Part shown: piece after piece, positions 21,717-32,808 of the stretch
How positions within the stretch are numbered: position 1 is the first letter of the stretch
How the letters are laid out: each line of letters opens with the position of its first letter
Origin: Hydrurus foetidus
Lineage: Eukaryota
Length of the DNA stretch: 37,637 bases
Direction of reading: 5' to 3'
Assembly: GCA_900617105.1 (NCBI GenBank)
Contig: UYFQ01000585.1
Coordinates: 1 to 37,637, forward strand
Notes under the pieces: model-generated
Databases searched by the model: none
What the model was told of the DNA's origin: nothing
The model's input: only the letters and a program-made list of their open reading frames with translations
Made by a program: the position numbers and the translations under genes

Positions 21717-23817
21717 ATGTCTTTAAAGTCATCAGCCAATGTGTCCATCATTGCAGGGGTCGTTGGAAATGTACTATCTGTTGTCGGAATCGTGATTTGC
21801 AACAAATACATAACAGAGGTTGATGGCTACAACTTCATGGTGTTCCTATCGTTTCTACACTTCTCGTTCACAATGGTTGGGACAAGGATCATGCTGATGA
21901 TGGGGATGTTTCAATTTAAAGCGGCTCCTATGAATGGCGTCCTACCCGTTGCAGTTGGGAGTTTGCTATCAGTGGCTTTCATGAATTTGAATCTTTCCAA
22001 CAACTCCGTTGGATTCTATCAACTCTCCAAATTGGCTTGTATCCCTTTCACTTTGTTCGTGCAATACGTTGCATACAATCAGTCGGTACCTAGATCAGTG
22101 CAGTTTACATTAGTGCCGATTTCTATGGGTGTTGGATATGCGACAGTGTACGATTTAAATCTAAATTTTGTTGGAACTGGTAAGTGTGTCGGCATTAAAT
22201 GTTTCATCCTCCGACTGGTGACTTTCGTTAATGAATTATTGGCAGCATATGATATACTCCTGCACTATTCGCTATATGTCAATTCTTAAGAGTGAATCAT
22301 CAACTGCACAGCGCTAACGACTTCCCACGCAATCCTATCATATTGTAAAAAAACCTTTCCTAAAAACTTTCCGATAGTTTTCGCCCTATGCGCTGTGGTG
22401 GCGACAGCTCTAGCTCAAATATTCACGAACACTTATCAGAAGTCGTTAGACTGCAATGCGATGCAGCTCCTATACCACACTTCGCCACTAATAGCATTGG
22501 TGAGATAATTGCCAACCGCATCTTGTTGCCTTCGAATTTGTCTGACATATCCAACAGTCGCTAACTTCACTTTATTCGCGGTATTCTATATTTGATGCGC
22601 ATCACAAATGAAACATCGCAATAATCAGGCACAGTATCATGATTTCCCATTAACATTCCAATGACATAAATTGATTTCCAGGGAATGATAGTGATGTGTC
22701 CATTTTTTGACGACGTGTCGAAATTGACGAATTTTCAGTATACCTTTCCATGCGTTGCAAGAATAGGTAATTTCCGCTTCTACATTATGGTTTTTGTGTT
22801 TCTTCCATCAACCTGAATCACTTATGCATCACTGAACTCGGAGATGTTTTTCATTTTTAATTGATGATTTTTAATTTACATACATGTGAATGATACAAAT
22901 ATGAACAACAGCTGATAGAATTACATGCCTTTTAAATCCATTCTCTGTGCTTGTTTCCTCTATTATCATGCGAAAATAGGACACACATTCAAATTGAAAA
23001 TGCCAAGTGATCTTTTATCTTTTAGCTTCGACAAGATCGATCCTCTAATTAGTCCCATTGAATCAACACTCACCACTAGCGACACTAATGCAAAATGGGA
23101 AATAAAACGTAAACACTAGGCATATCCTGCCTATTCGCCCTCGGAGTGAACATTTCAAACTACCTCGTTCTGGGCCAGACATCGCCTCTGACGTACCAGG
23201 TGCTGGGACACATGAAAACAGTTCTCATCATCGTGCTAGGATTCGTAGTATTCAAGGTAAAAAACACCGATTTGACGACCGCTTCTCAGTCTGTCTTCCG
23301 AATTGTTCGTCAATTACGTCTCACTTTTTTTCTTTATTTGTATTATTCTGTCATATTTAGAAACAAGCAGATTCGAGGAACTTAATCGGCATCTTCGTAG
23401 CGATGGTGGGGTAAGTGCCGTATCACGTCTCACTCTCTTTGAGCGCTGTTCATGCACGTGCTTATTATTTTTCTCCTTTCTTCTTTCTTCACTGCTGACG
23501 ATGAAATAGAAAGAGATTTTCCACTTTCTTGACATGCACTATCTCACATTACTCAGTTTGTTATATATATTTTTTTATATTTCTTGCATATTATCATCAC
23601 CACTTTTCAACTGAAAGTTCTTTCTGATGATTCCTATTACTCTTATTATTCTTGCCTCATTTTCACTATATATTTTTTCACATATTTCACTTCTGCACCG
23701 TATAGAGTGATAGCTTACACGGAAGTGAAGAGAACTCAATCAATGGGACCAGTGCTGCCCATTTCAATGAAGGAATCCACTCCATTCATCTTGAAGAGCA
23801 ACGAAGAAACGAAATGA
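21717..23817 (+). CDS. Nucleotide-sugar transporter (TPT/SLC35E3, UXT/URGT-like), 6 exons
   Basis: Motifs SVVGIVICNK, MNLNLSNNSVGFYQLSKLACIP, NISNYLVLGQTSPLTYQVLGHMKT. Exons 21717-22179, 22378-22499, 22682-22766, 23120-23256, 23361-23410, 23706-23817 join in phase. Confidence 0.9.
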
Positions 23818-25030
23818 CCTCATGAGGAATATGATCAAGAATGTTCCTCGAGGCATTTTCCAGAATGTTCTATAATAAGTGAGGAGTATGATGACTGACA
23901 CGCATTACCTCGAGTGTCTTGCAGAATGTTTCCAAATGATACAGTCGTAACTCCTTAGTGCGTGATGTGCGGGTACGTTCCAATCAGTAGACAACCAATC
24001 GAGGCAGATGACGAGACATACGACAAATAGATCGAAATATGGCGAATGATGAATGGTAGCTCGTTGAGAAGATGACCTACCCCGATGAAACTTTACCTCA
24101 ATATTCTTTTTTCGATCGCCATTTTCGCCTAACTTGACTTTTTTGGATCATATCAGCATCTTCAACAGCGCTTGTTCTACATGGCTTCATACAATGCAGA
24201 GCTAAATCTTTCAGCAGACTTCCTCGTTCATACCTCTCGTTCACTGTCCTTCCACCTCCTCCCCACTTACAAGCACCACCAATCAGTCAGTCAGTCAGCC
24301 ATCCAGTCGATCAGTCAGTCAATCCCTCCCCTCTTCATTCCATAGACTTCTCACTGACTTGATTAATATCATTTTCGTGACCCACTCTATTACATAATAA
24401 ATTCAATACCGTGCTATCGGAAGACAAACTTCCATTTTCATTTCTTCGTTCGCTGTCGTTCAGCTTTACTTCATTCCACTATTTTGATAAACCGCCAAGT
24501 AACGAAAGATTCATCGATTTTTTAGAATTTTGTACATGGTGTCGTCAATCTCCAAAGGCGGTAGGATCATGGACTGAGGACCACCAACCTTTGAGACACC
24601 AAGCAATTATTTTTATGCGATGCCCACTTTAGACTGTGATCTCGCCTCATTTTGATCAATCATTTCAGTAATTCAAAGGCATGACATACGACACGGGCAC
24701 TCAACTGATTAGCAAAGTCATGCTAAACGCGAAGTCTTTTTTATCAGTTCCTCCCCGCGACCCTACCAAAATTTTGAGAAGGACTGTTCAAAACCGAAAG
24801 ATATGAGTAGATCGGTCTACGAACCAACTGCTATGTAGCAGGACAGAGCACGGAAGTGAATTGCGGCAGACTGCAGATGATGCCAGCAATGTTATTCCAG
24901 TGGCTGGAGGCTTGAAGTTGAGCAGCAAGCGACCTAGCGGGAGAGAATCAGAGCAGCTGTAGCAGCTTTTACGATCACCGTTGGGACAAGAAGAGTATCT
25001 GAAATCTGAGAATTTCATCATTAAAGTACA

Positions 25031-25981
25031 ATGGAAAAAAAGATGGAAGACACGGCTCAAAGTCCACTAGCTTTCAAAATTATGGTTTTCCTGGAGAAAG
25101 TCCCGGCTTGGCTAAAGAAAGGGCCATGGTCACCCGTTGCTCATTTGGTGATACTTGCTTTCCTCGGTTACATCCTTCTCACTTACGAGTATGCTGTTGC
25201 ATCACGTGCAGAAATTTACGACGTTCACAGCATCCATTTCGCTCAGAATCGGCAGGCCCAGTTAGGTAGCAAAATTTGGCTTCAGTGCTATCGGCTCATC
25301 GGAGGCATCTATATGATATCTATTGCTGCTTTTGTGGTCTACATGTCTGGCTTCTGGCCTCTGGCATCCTACACAATAACTAGTTGGAATCTCGCAACCA
25401 TAAGACTTCTAGCATCTTTTGTTGGAAGACTTAATTACGGATTTTCACCGCACTTTCAGTTCGTTGCAGGTAATGACTGGAGTTTGATTCTCAAAATGTT
25501 CTACATAATCAATCTCTCAATGCTATCATTCGTGAATCTAACTTTCTACGCAGATGTCGTCCGACTTCCAGCCCTTATTGGATGCTCTATAACAGTCATA
25601 GTTTGGTGGACAGTACTTGTTCCGGTCATAAGCGCGTACATGCCCGACGGGGAGGCAAGGAAAAAGTTTGGAGCATTTAACAAAACCTTTCCACTCCTCA
25701 ACCTCCACCTGTTTAATCTTCCTCTATGCGCCATAGAATTCCTTGCTTGTGGGAGATGTCTGACTTATTTTGATTTCTGGGTCTCCCTAGCAGTAGCATT
25801 CTTGTACATAATGTTTTACTTAAATGTTCTGGATGCTTTGGGATTACACTTCTATATCGTTTTTACACCAAGAACTGCATGGTGCATTATTCCGTATTCT
25901 ATGATATTACTGTCTTACTACGGTTTATATCATGGCTGGAATCATATCCTGTCTTATGTGCGAGGTCTCTCATGTACATAA
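25031..25981 (+). CDS. Uncharacterised multi-pass membrane protein, resembling the FAR-17a/AIG1/rolling-stone group
   Basis: Several hydrophobic helices with SYTITSW and LNLHLFNLP motifs. Likely 84-nt in-frame intron at 25470-25553. Confidence 0.65.
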   Translation: MEKKMEDTAQSPLAFKIMVFLEKVPAWLKKGPWSPVAHLVILAFLGYILLTYEYAVASRAEIYDVHSIHFAQNRQAQLGSKIWLQCYRLIGGIYMISIAAFVVYMSGFWPLASYTITSWNLATIRLLASFVGRLNYGFSPHFQFVAGNDWSLILKMFYIINLSMLSFVNLTFYADVVRLPALIGCSITVIVWWTVLVPVISAYMPDGEARKKFGAFNKTFPLLNLHLFNLPLCAIEFLACGRCLTYFDFWVSLAVAFLYIMFYLNVLDALGLHFYIVFTPRTAWCIIPYSMILLSYYGLYHGWNHILSYVRGLSCT

Positions 25982-26699
25982 TGTTATTTGCTGAATTATT
26001 GTATTGTACCCCATGGGATTGAAGAAAAAGATCTTGGACTTGCAACTAAGAATCTTGATGTAGTCGTGTTAGACAGCTTTGGTTTTTGTATTTGGCAATT
26101 AAGAAGAAAGAGGGGGTCCTCGAATGATTCCTGTGATAAATGTGCCCTCTTCGCTTAGATAACGAAAGATAAAGACAGAAAATAATTCTGTAGTGAATGA
26201 CTCAAATAAAAGAGTACACCAACGTGGGGAAAATAGTTGTTGAATCTCTTCCCTGAAGAATTTCAGAAATCCAGAGAACCTTGAAAGGCTTACCAAGTAT
26301 ATCATGGATGCCTCTCTGAAACAACTGCTTCTTGTTTACAACCCACAAACAGGAATACAGAGAAATCACTGATATACCACTTCGACAGGACATGCACTTA
26401 ATTCAGATGTCAGCGCTGTTTCTGTGCGCTCAATGATTAATTCTGTCCAGATGGCATTGAAACAAAATGATACGCAGTGTGTTGAAATAATGTGGCAAAC
26501 CCGTTCTTCTGATTTACTACTGTGCAACATACCTATACCGTACAGGTACAGTACAGCACACACTATCTACTCCGTGGTGTGCGGTATGGTACACGGGTAC
26601 GTACGTACCCTCAGTGACGTGTTCTAAAACATTTCACGAAGACCCGCTGCCGTAACTATGTCATCTAAGAATAAGACTCTCTCATATATCTAACACATC

Positions 26700-27269
26700 A
26701 TGCAACTATCGACACTGCTTCTAGCTCTTCTGATGCTCACTAGAGCCTCCGCGTTGGTGACGCCGTCATCCCCAGTATCTGTGGCAACCTTCTCTAGGCG
26801 TCTACAGTCATCGCAGACACTCGGAGCTGTTGGAGAAAGACAGGCTCTGTATGCCAGAAATGAATTATCAAACATCATTTTGTTCGATGGGGTCTGCAAC
26901 TTTTGCAATACGTGGGTCGACATCATGTTGAAGCTAGACACGGGAAAGAAATTCAAATTCTGCGCTTTGCAATCGGCGAAAGGGAAAGAGTTGCTCCAGG
27001 AGATCGGGAAAGATGCCGACGACATTTCAACGGTAGTGCTCATCAAGTCTCTGGGCAAAAAAGAAGCCTACTACAAATCCGACGCCGTCCTGAAAGTAGT
27101 CGAACAGCTTGGCGTACCTCAATCCGTTGCAAGTGCCGTGGGAACTAGGATACCTCTTTTCATCCGTAACGGACTCTACAACGAAGTAGCTGCGAACCGG
27201 TATAACTTTCTCGGCAAGAGAGAGATATGCCGATGTGCAGACCCTGAGTTCTCAGACAGATTCATTTAA
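26700..27269 (+). CDS. DCC-family (DUF393) thiol-disulfide oxidoreductase, probably plastid-targeted
   Basis: ILFDGVCNFC (DxxCxxC), FCALQS, KSDAVL, RNGLYNEVAANRYNFLGK. N-terminal signal peptide ending ASA-L followed by a Ser/Arg-rich stretch. Confidence 0.9.
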   Translation: MQLSTLLLALLMLTRASALVTPSSPVSVATFSRRLQSSQTLGAVGERQALYARNELSNIILFDGVCNFCNTWVDIMLKLDTGKKFKFCALQSAKGKELLQEIGKDADDISTVVLIKSLGKKEAYYKSDAVLKVVEQLGVPQSVASAVGTRIPLFIRNGLYNEVAANRYNFLGKREICRCADPEFSDRFI

Positions 27270-27594
27270 GAGCTCGAAAAATGCATACAAATGCCTTCAA
27301 ATAGAAGGACTTCAGCTCACTTCGCAAGTTAGCCACCACTACCTTATCTAACAGAGACATTACTGTAAATATTGTACATTATTGTCGATACTCCCGCAAC
27401 TGACATCTTTAGAAGCGACGAAACCTGTAATTTAATTTGATACCTCAATCGAACATTTAACCTTTAAAATTCAGTCAAGCGAACAGGCACGAACAAGAAC
27501 TCACTATTACACAGTACTGACAGGCATCCTTTGTTATCAACAGCCGGAGTGCAAACCGCATCATCGCTCTGTATCAATGGCTAAACTTGTCCTA

Positions 27595-29192
27595 TTATAT
27601 ACGGCGGTCCTGTTGTGAGAGAGTAACAGCAATGGTCCCTGACGCCATCATTCCTGGTGTGCGGGGGCGCGGTGTCGAGACTGGGACGTGACCATGCGGA
27701 CTGCGCAATCTCGAACCAGGGGTTGGTGTGGTAGATGGTCTCTACAGGTAACACGAAAATTGTGTGACAACTGAGATCACATGAGACGATGTAGAGGAGA
27801 TCTTTTGGATGCAGAGCAGAAGTAATACCTGTGGGTATCCCTGCGACTGATTCCCTTGATGTGAACCGGGCACCACTCCTAATTGCTGCTAGGGAGAGAG
27901 AAGCAGAAGTTAATTCAAGTTATACGCTCGAGAAGAATGTGGAATCAGCTTCATCGCAAACTCACTTGCTGCTGCAATTGATGTTGCTGCCTGATCTGTT
28001 GTTGCTGCTCTTGCTGCTGCCGCGGGAAATATTGCGACTGCTGAGCCTTCATCAGGAACAATGTTGAGGGAGTCAGCGGCCGTTCACTTGAACCAGCATT
28101 CAACGGCTTCAGCGCAAACCCTTGTCCCTGTCCCTGTCCCTGCCTGGACCCTGTTGGAGGCGGTATCAAGCTGCTGGCTCGTGAGCCGTCAAGCTGTCGT
28201 CCTGGTGTGCCGTATGGCTCTCCATATGCTACTTTGACAGACTGTAGTGACATCGGCTCCCGCTGTTGCTGCTGCTCCCTATTGTCTAACTTGTATCGCT
28301 CAGCAGAGCTCGACGTTGAATTGTTTCCATCAAGAAGAGAACTCAGAGACGGCCGCGGTGCGTTTGCAAGATCAGTGCGACCATTGGCAGTAGCGGGCCT
28401 CTGCTGCATTCTGTTCGGCAACGCTGATGGTTCAGGAGTTCTAATGTCTTGTAAGAGCGGCACATTGCCGCGGTTTTCCGATCTATTAGTGTTCTGTGTT
28501 ACACCATTCCGAGATACGCCACCACCACCTGGCTCGGCAGTTGTCGGCCGAGCAATTTTCCTGGGGCGTTCTTGTGTGCCAATATCATTTGGTTGCTGCG
28601 ATGACCTACGACTTCAGATTAGTATTTTCGAATCTCAAATGAGCCACGCAAAGAATTTATAGACCTAAAATCTTCACCTCGTTTGGTTGTGAGATATTTG
28701 TTCCTGTCGAATATTACTTGTCAATGGCCGAGATTCTCCGGTTATGCCACCACTTTCCATAACCGAAAGCCTCCTAATATTGACAATATTGTGCGTTAAA
28801 ACGGAGTCCTGTTTATTTTGGCACATTTTAGGATACCTCTGAAATTCTTTCTTGTCCCTCATCATCTTTCCTACAGCTCGATGGAGCATAGTTTTGTAAT
28901 GCTTAATTTGAAACAGAAGCACTGACTTCAATTGATCAATAGAGTCTTCAGGGTCAGAAATGTTCCTAACAACTTCAATCGGTATAGATGGATCATCTGT
29001 AGAAACAAATTTCACGTTCTGTTTCCTACACGAGGGGCAAGTGAACGGTTCCTGTATCCCATTACCGCAATCATAGCAGAGAAAGTCGCAACAGGATAAA
29101 ACTTTCCCAGGCCTTCCACTCCTCGAAGCGTGTTGGAAACATTTTCCACAGAGGTAATCAAAATTAAGCTCTTCCGCAGTGTTTTTTTCCAT
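27595..29192 (-). CDS. RNF212: RNF212/Zip3-like RING E3 (SUMO/ubiquitin) ligase with disordered Q/S/P-rich tail, 5 exons
   Basis: N-terminal RING CGKCFQ...LSCCDFLCYDC...CPSC followed by coiled coil LLFQIKH. Exons 29192-28837, 28773-28678, 28605-27966, 27888-27829, 27741-27595 join in phase. Confidence 0.7.
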
Positions 29193-29630
29193 TTAAGACA
29201 ATTTCGATAACTTTCCTCGAGCGAATTGCCAGATGATGAGCCTCATCACTCGCAGGCAAACATCGTCAATAACAGGGTGAGGGGACGTCATACCTCGAGT
29301 GGAGGCATTCGGTGAACAAGTGGATGCGATGAACGGCATCATCATTCGCTTTTACAATTTGGAATTTTCATGCGCCCTCAATTTTTTTTTTCATTTACTC
29401 GCACACACCACACACCCTAACGAACCCAGAACCTTACCCCCCTACTTGCTTCGCGTGTTGGTATCGCTTTGGCAATAAATACCTTGCCTTGAAAATTTTA
29501 ACTAGCACTCAGGTAGGGCCTTATCGTAAGGGAACTTGAGTATTGGATAATCGTGTGAGCGGTAGTGGCAACGTGCCGTTACTTCTGCAGAGGAGAACTT
29601 ATCGAATTGCTTTATCAATTTGAGGACCCA

Positions 29631-30648
29631 ATGTCAACCTTAAGTTTCAGCAACAATTCAGTCACGTTGGCAATGTTGTCGTTTATTTCGACGACAGTGG
29701 ACGATTTCTGCGTTATCCTCATCTTTTTTGCGAGGGAGTACGTGAAAACCAATCGTCTTTCCCATCCTGATACACTCTACGCGTTTTTCAAGATCAGTGT
29801 CGGACAAATATTCGGTTTCACCATAATTGTCGGGATTTCATTAGTTTTGGGACTAGCGCTGCACTCGGTCGTTGATGAAGAATACATTGATCTAGTTGGA
29901 CTTCTTCCTATATTGATTGGCGTGTATAAAGTGTACGAGATTCTTATCGAGAACGGTTATATTAGTATGATGTACCGTTCATTATGTTGCATGGGTTCCA
30001 GAGAAGATGACTCAAAATCAAGAGAAGAAGAATTGGCAACTTCCGGAGAAAAGAAACCCCTACTGCTAATTGAGGATGGCAAGTCAAAATCACTATTGGA
30101 TGTAAAGAGGAAAAGTAGCGAAGTCCAACAATCTGTCATAAGTGATGATCCAGCACAAATTGAAGTAATCTTAAACGAGGAGTCTCTCGAAACACTTGAC
30201 CAAGTTGATCAATCGAATTGTTGCGTCAAATTTATGAAGCAGCTTCTTTGCTTTCTCGATCCGTTGGTGATTGAGGTGACGATTTATGCCTTAATGTTCG
30301 GAACGGACAACATAGCGATTTATGTCGCCTTGTTCTCCGGTGTCAGTCTTTTCGAGAGCTTAGCGGTCTGCATATTCTTTTACTCTCTCCTACTACTGTA
30401 CTTGGCCCTCGCGATTCTCATTATTGTCCAGGTCAGTAATCGCTTGCTTCGTGTTCAGTTCGCCATTCTCACGAATTCAGATGAATCCACTGTTATGGTT
30501 ATGGTATACCCGACTCATGTTTGTTACTTTTCTTTTACAGTGTCCCGTAGTGGGGAAATTCATCGGTGATAATGCAAATTATCTCGTGCCATTCATCTTA
30601 ATTGGTCTCGGACTTTTCATCTTGCACGACAGTATAATATGGAAATAG
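29631..30648 (+). CDS. cadD: CadD-family cadmium/metal resistance transporter (LysE superfamily), 2 exons
   Basis: FISTTVDDFCVILIFF, VGQIFGF, LVGLLPILIGV, GTDNIAIYVALF, LVPFILIGLGLFIL. Exons 29631-30431 and 30541-30648. Confidence 0.85.
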
Positions 30649-31437
30649 TTCAAGAGCAATTCCGCAGAAATTTCTGTAAAAGAGGCATGTCATAGAATCA
30701 TTTCAATTGATTCATCCTAGTTTGTACATTTTCCGAGTTTAATACGGACAACATGTCGTGGAACTCCGTCATTACATTTCGCTGCTTTCATTCAGTTTGA
30801 TTTTAATTTTTATTTTGTGTATTTTAGATTTATTTTCTGCATAAATTTTATACGATTTGCGACAAGAACACTTTAATTTGACGTATCTCTGCTGTATGTT
30901 GGTTTACTTGTCTCATCGCCCAAGGGGTTCTGAAGAGATTATAAAGGATGAAAAAAGTAATCAAATCAACATTTTGACGCAAAGAGAAGTTTAATGTGAC
31001 TGCATACAAATCTTTTCTGAAGTCGAGTCCCATCATTAATGCATTGAAGTTGACCAGTATTTTCATTTTGAAGATGATTTCTTGAACATGATGATGTCCT
31101 ACAGTTGCATCACTGCCCATAAATGCTATGATCAGCGACTCGTGCAGTCATAGAAAAAACTCTAAATTTTTGCTGAAGGAGGAGATCGAAGTAAATAATG
31201 ATCACAGAGGGAAATGAGGGAGGGCTGTCTGTGAGGAATGATGCAGCTTCATCAAATTTGCTGCAGCTTCTTCAAATTAATGACTCCAAAAATTATGAGC
31301 ACCTCGACTGTGTCTGGAATATGGAGGAACACAGTAGAGTTTGCTGATATTTGAGTCCATTTAAACCCGCCATTATCTCAAGCAAGAGTTGGTGTAAAAA
31401 ATTCAGCAAAAAATTGTGATGCAACTTTGGGTTTTAT

Positions 31438-32386
31438 CTAAGTGAGTCCTTTCCGGCCGCAGACATCGCTCTCGGAAATATCCTCTGTTGGTGACTCGAG
31501 AGTCTTCAGTCTCTCATTCGTCTCTGTCAAGCGTGCTAGGATTTTGTCGTAAACAAAAAATCCCCGGTCGTCTTGAAAAGGATCAACCATGCGCTGAGAA
31601 ATCGTCATTATAAAGGTGCAAAATTAAAAAATAACTAGGTTATCATTTCAGCATACAACATACTGCCGTAATCAATAGTTTGCGTCTTTAATAGCCATAA
31701 TCACGTGATATCACCTGTCCTGTCTTGTGAAGATTGGAGGAACACGTGAGCTCATAAATTTCAAAAAAACTTAGGAATAAGTTGTGGATTATATGCCGAA
31801 ATTTCTCGGGAAAAAATTCAGTGTTCGCTGTAACCATCTCACAGACGGCCACCCGTAATGTCTCATGCCGTATACATTCTGAGTAATTGAAACAATCGAT
31901 TACATTTGTGCCTTCAAATCCAGGTTCATTGTGATACGGTTTTTCATTCATCAATGACTGGATCGAGAGTAACACGCTCGCAAGACTATTTACAGGTGTC
32001 CAACCAGGGCCACTCCAAGTTCCGAGGATAGACAAACAGACTTTCCCATTCGAATAAAGATTCGGATTGAAGCGCACAGTTCCACCACCTGTTGTCATTA
32101 ACGTAACCTTCGGTGGCTCATGTGGATAATTATCTGGACAGTCTATACGAAAATAAAAGAATCCTCCCTCGTATGGTGTATCAAAGGGACCGACAATCAG
32201 AGCATGTTGAATCGTACTGAGTTCTTCATCACGAAAGCAGTAGATACCAAGCAAAGGCTCTTGCTCCAAGCATCGAAGGTCTGCTCTAATTCTTTTCACG
32301 CACTCAGATGTGGGCCTACGATTTAAATAATCATGATTCTTAGAAGCTCCCGAACTCCCCTCGTTGGTGCCACCGGCGTGTTTCAT
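31438..32386 (-). CDS. UBE2Z: Ubiquitin-conjugating enzyme E2 Z-like, 2 exons
   Basis: GPFDTPYEGGFFYF...TTGGGTVRFNPNLYSNGKVCLSILGTW...EKPYHNEPGFE. Exons 32386-31715 and 31593-31438. Confidence 0.88.
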
Positions 32387-32808
32387 CGAGGGCAGTTTCG
32401 CAGCTAAGAATTTCTTTCACGAATCTGGAGTTACTAGGATGATATGCGAGAAGTAATTCCGTTGCTACGAAATTCAGCTACTATAAAATCGAAGATTGTG
32501 GCCGATTGGTATTTGACGTGCTACATCACTGTTGATGCTTTGGGTATATCAGAGGTCAGAAGTGTGCTGAAGAGAGTGGAGAGGAGTCCAGTGTGTTGGA
32601 AGTTGGAATACCTATATAGTTGTTCACCAAATTACTTCCCGGAATTTGGTTCGAAATCCCCTGACAGTTCTTAGCAGATTCTTCATCTATTATCGAGTTC
32701 CTAACTCAACCTCACTTTGAAGTTCTCGGAAAAGACGAGCATCCGCTATTAAAGCAACAAATAAAATCGCTGCGCGTAGAAATCTGCTCTTTTTCAGAGA
32801 GGGCCAGC

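Noticed and set aside
24800..25030. Upstream extension of the membrane protein gene
   Set aside because: The coding-looking frame has an internal TAG and is out of phase with the ATG at 25031.
26060..26400. Possible pseudogene fragment
   Set aside because: Stops in the frames examined and no recognisable homology.
30848..31150. Small minus-strand ORF with an apparent GTATGC..CAG intron
   Set aside because: No convincing start or family motif; may be UBE2Z 3' UTR or a relic.
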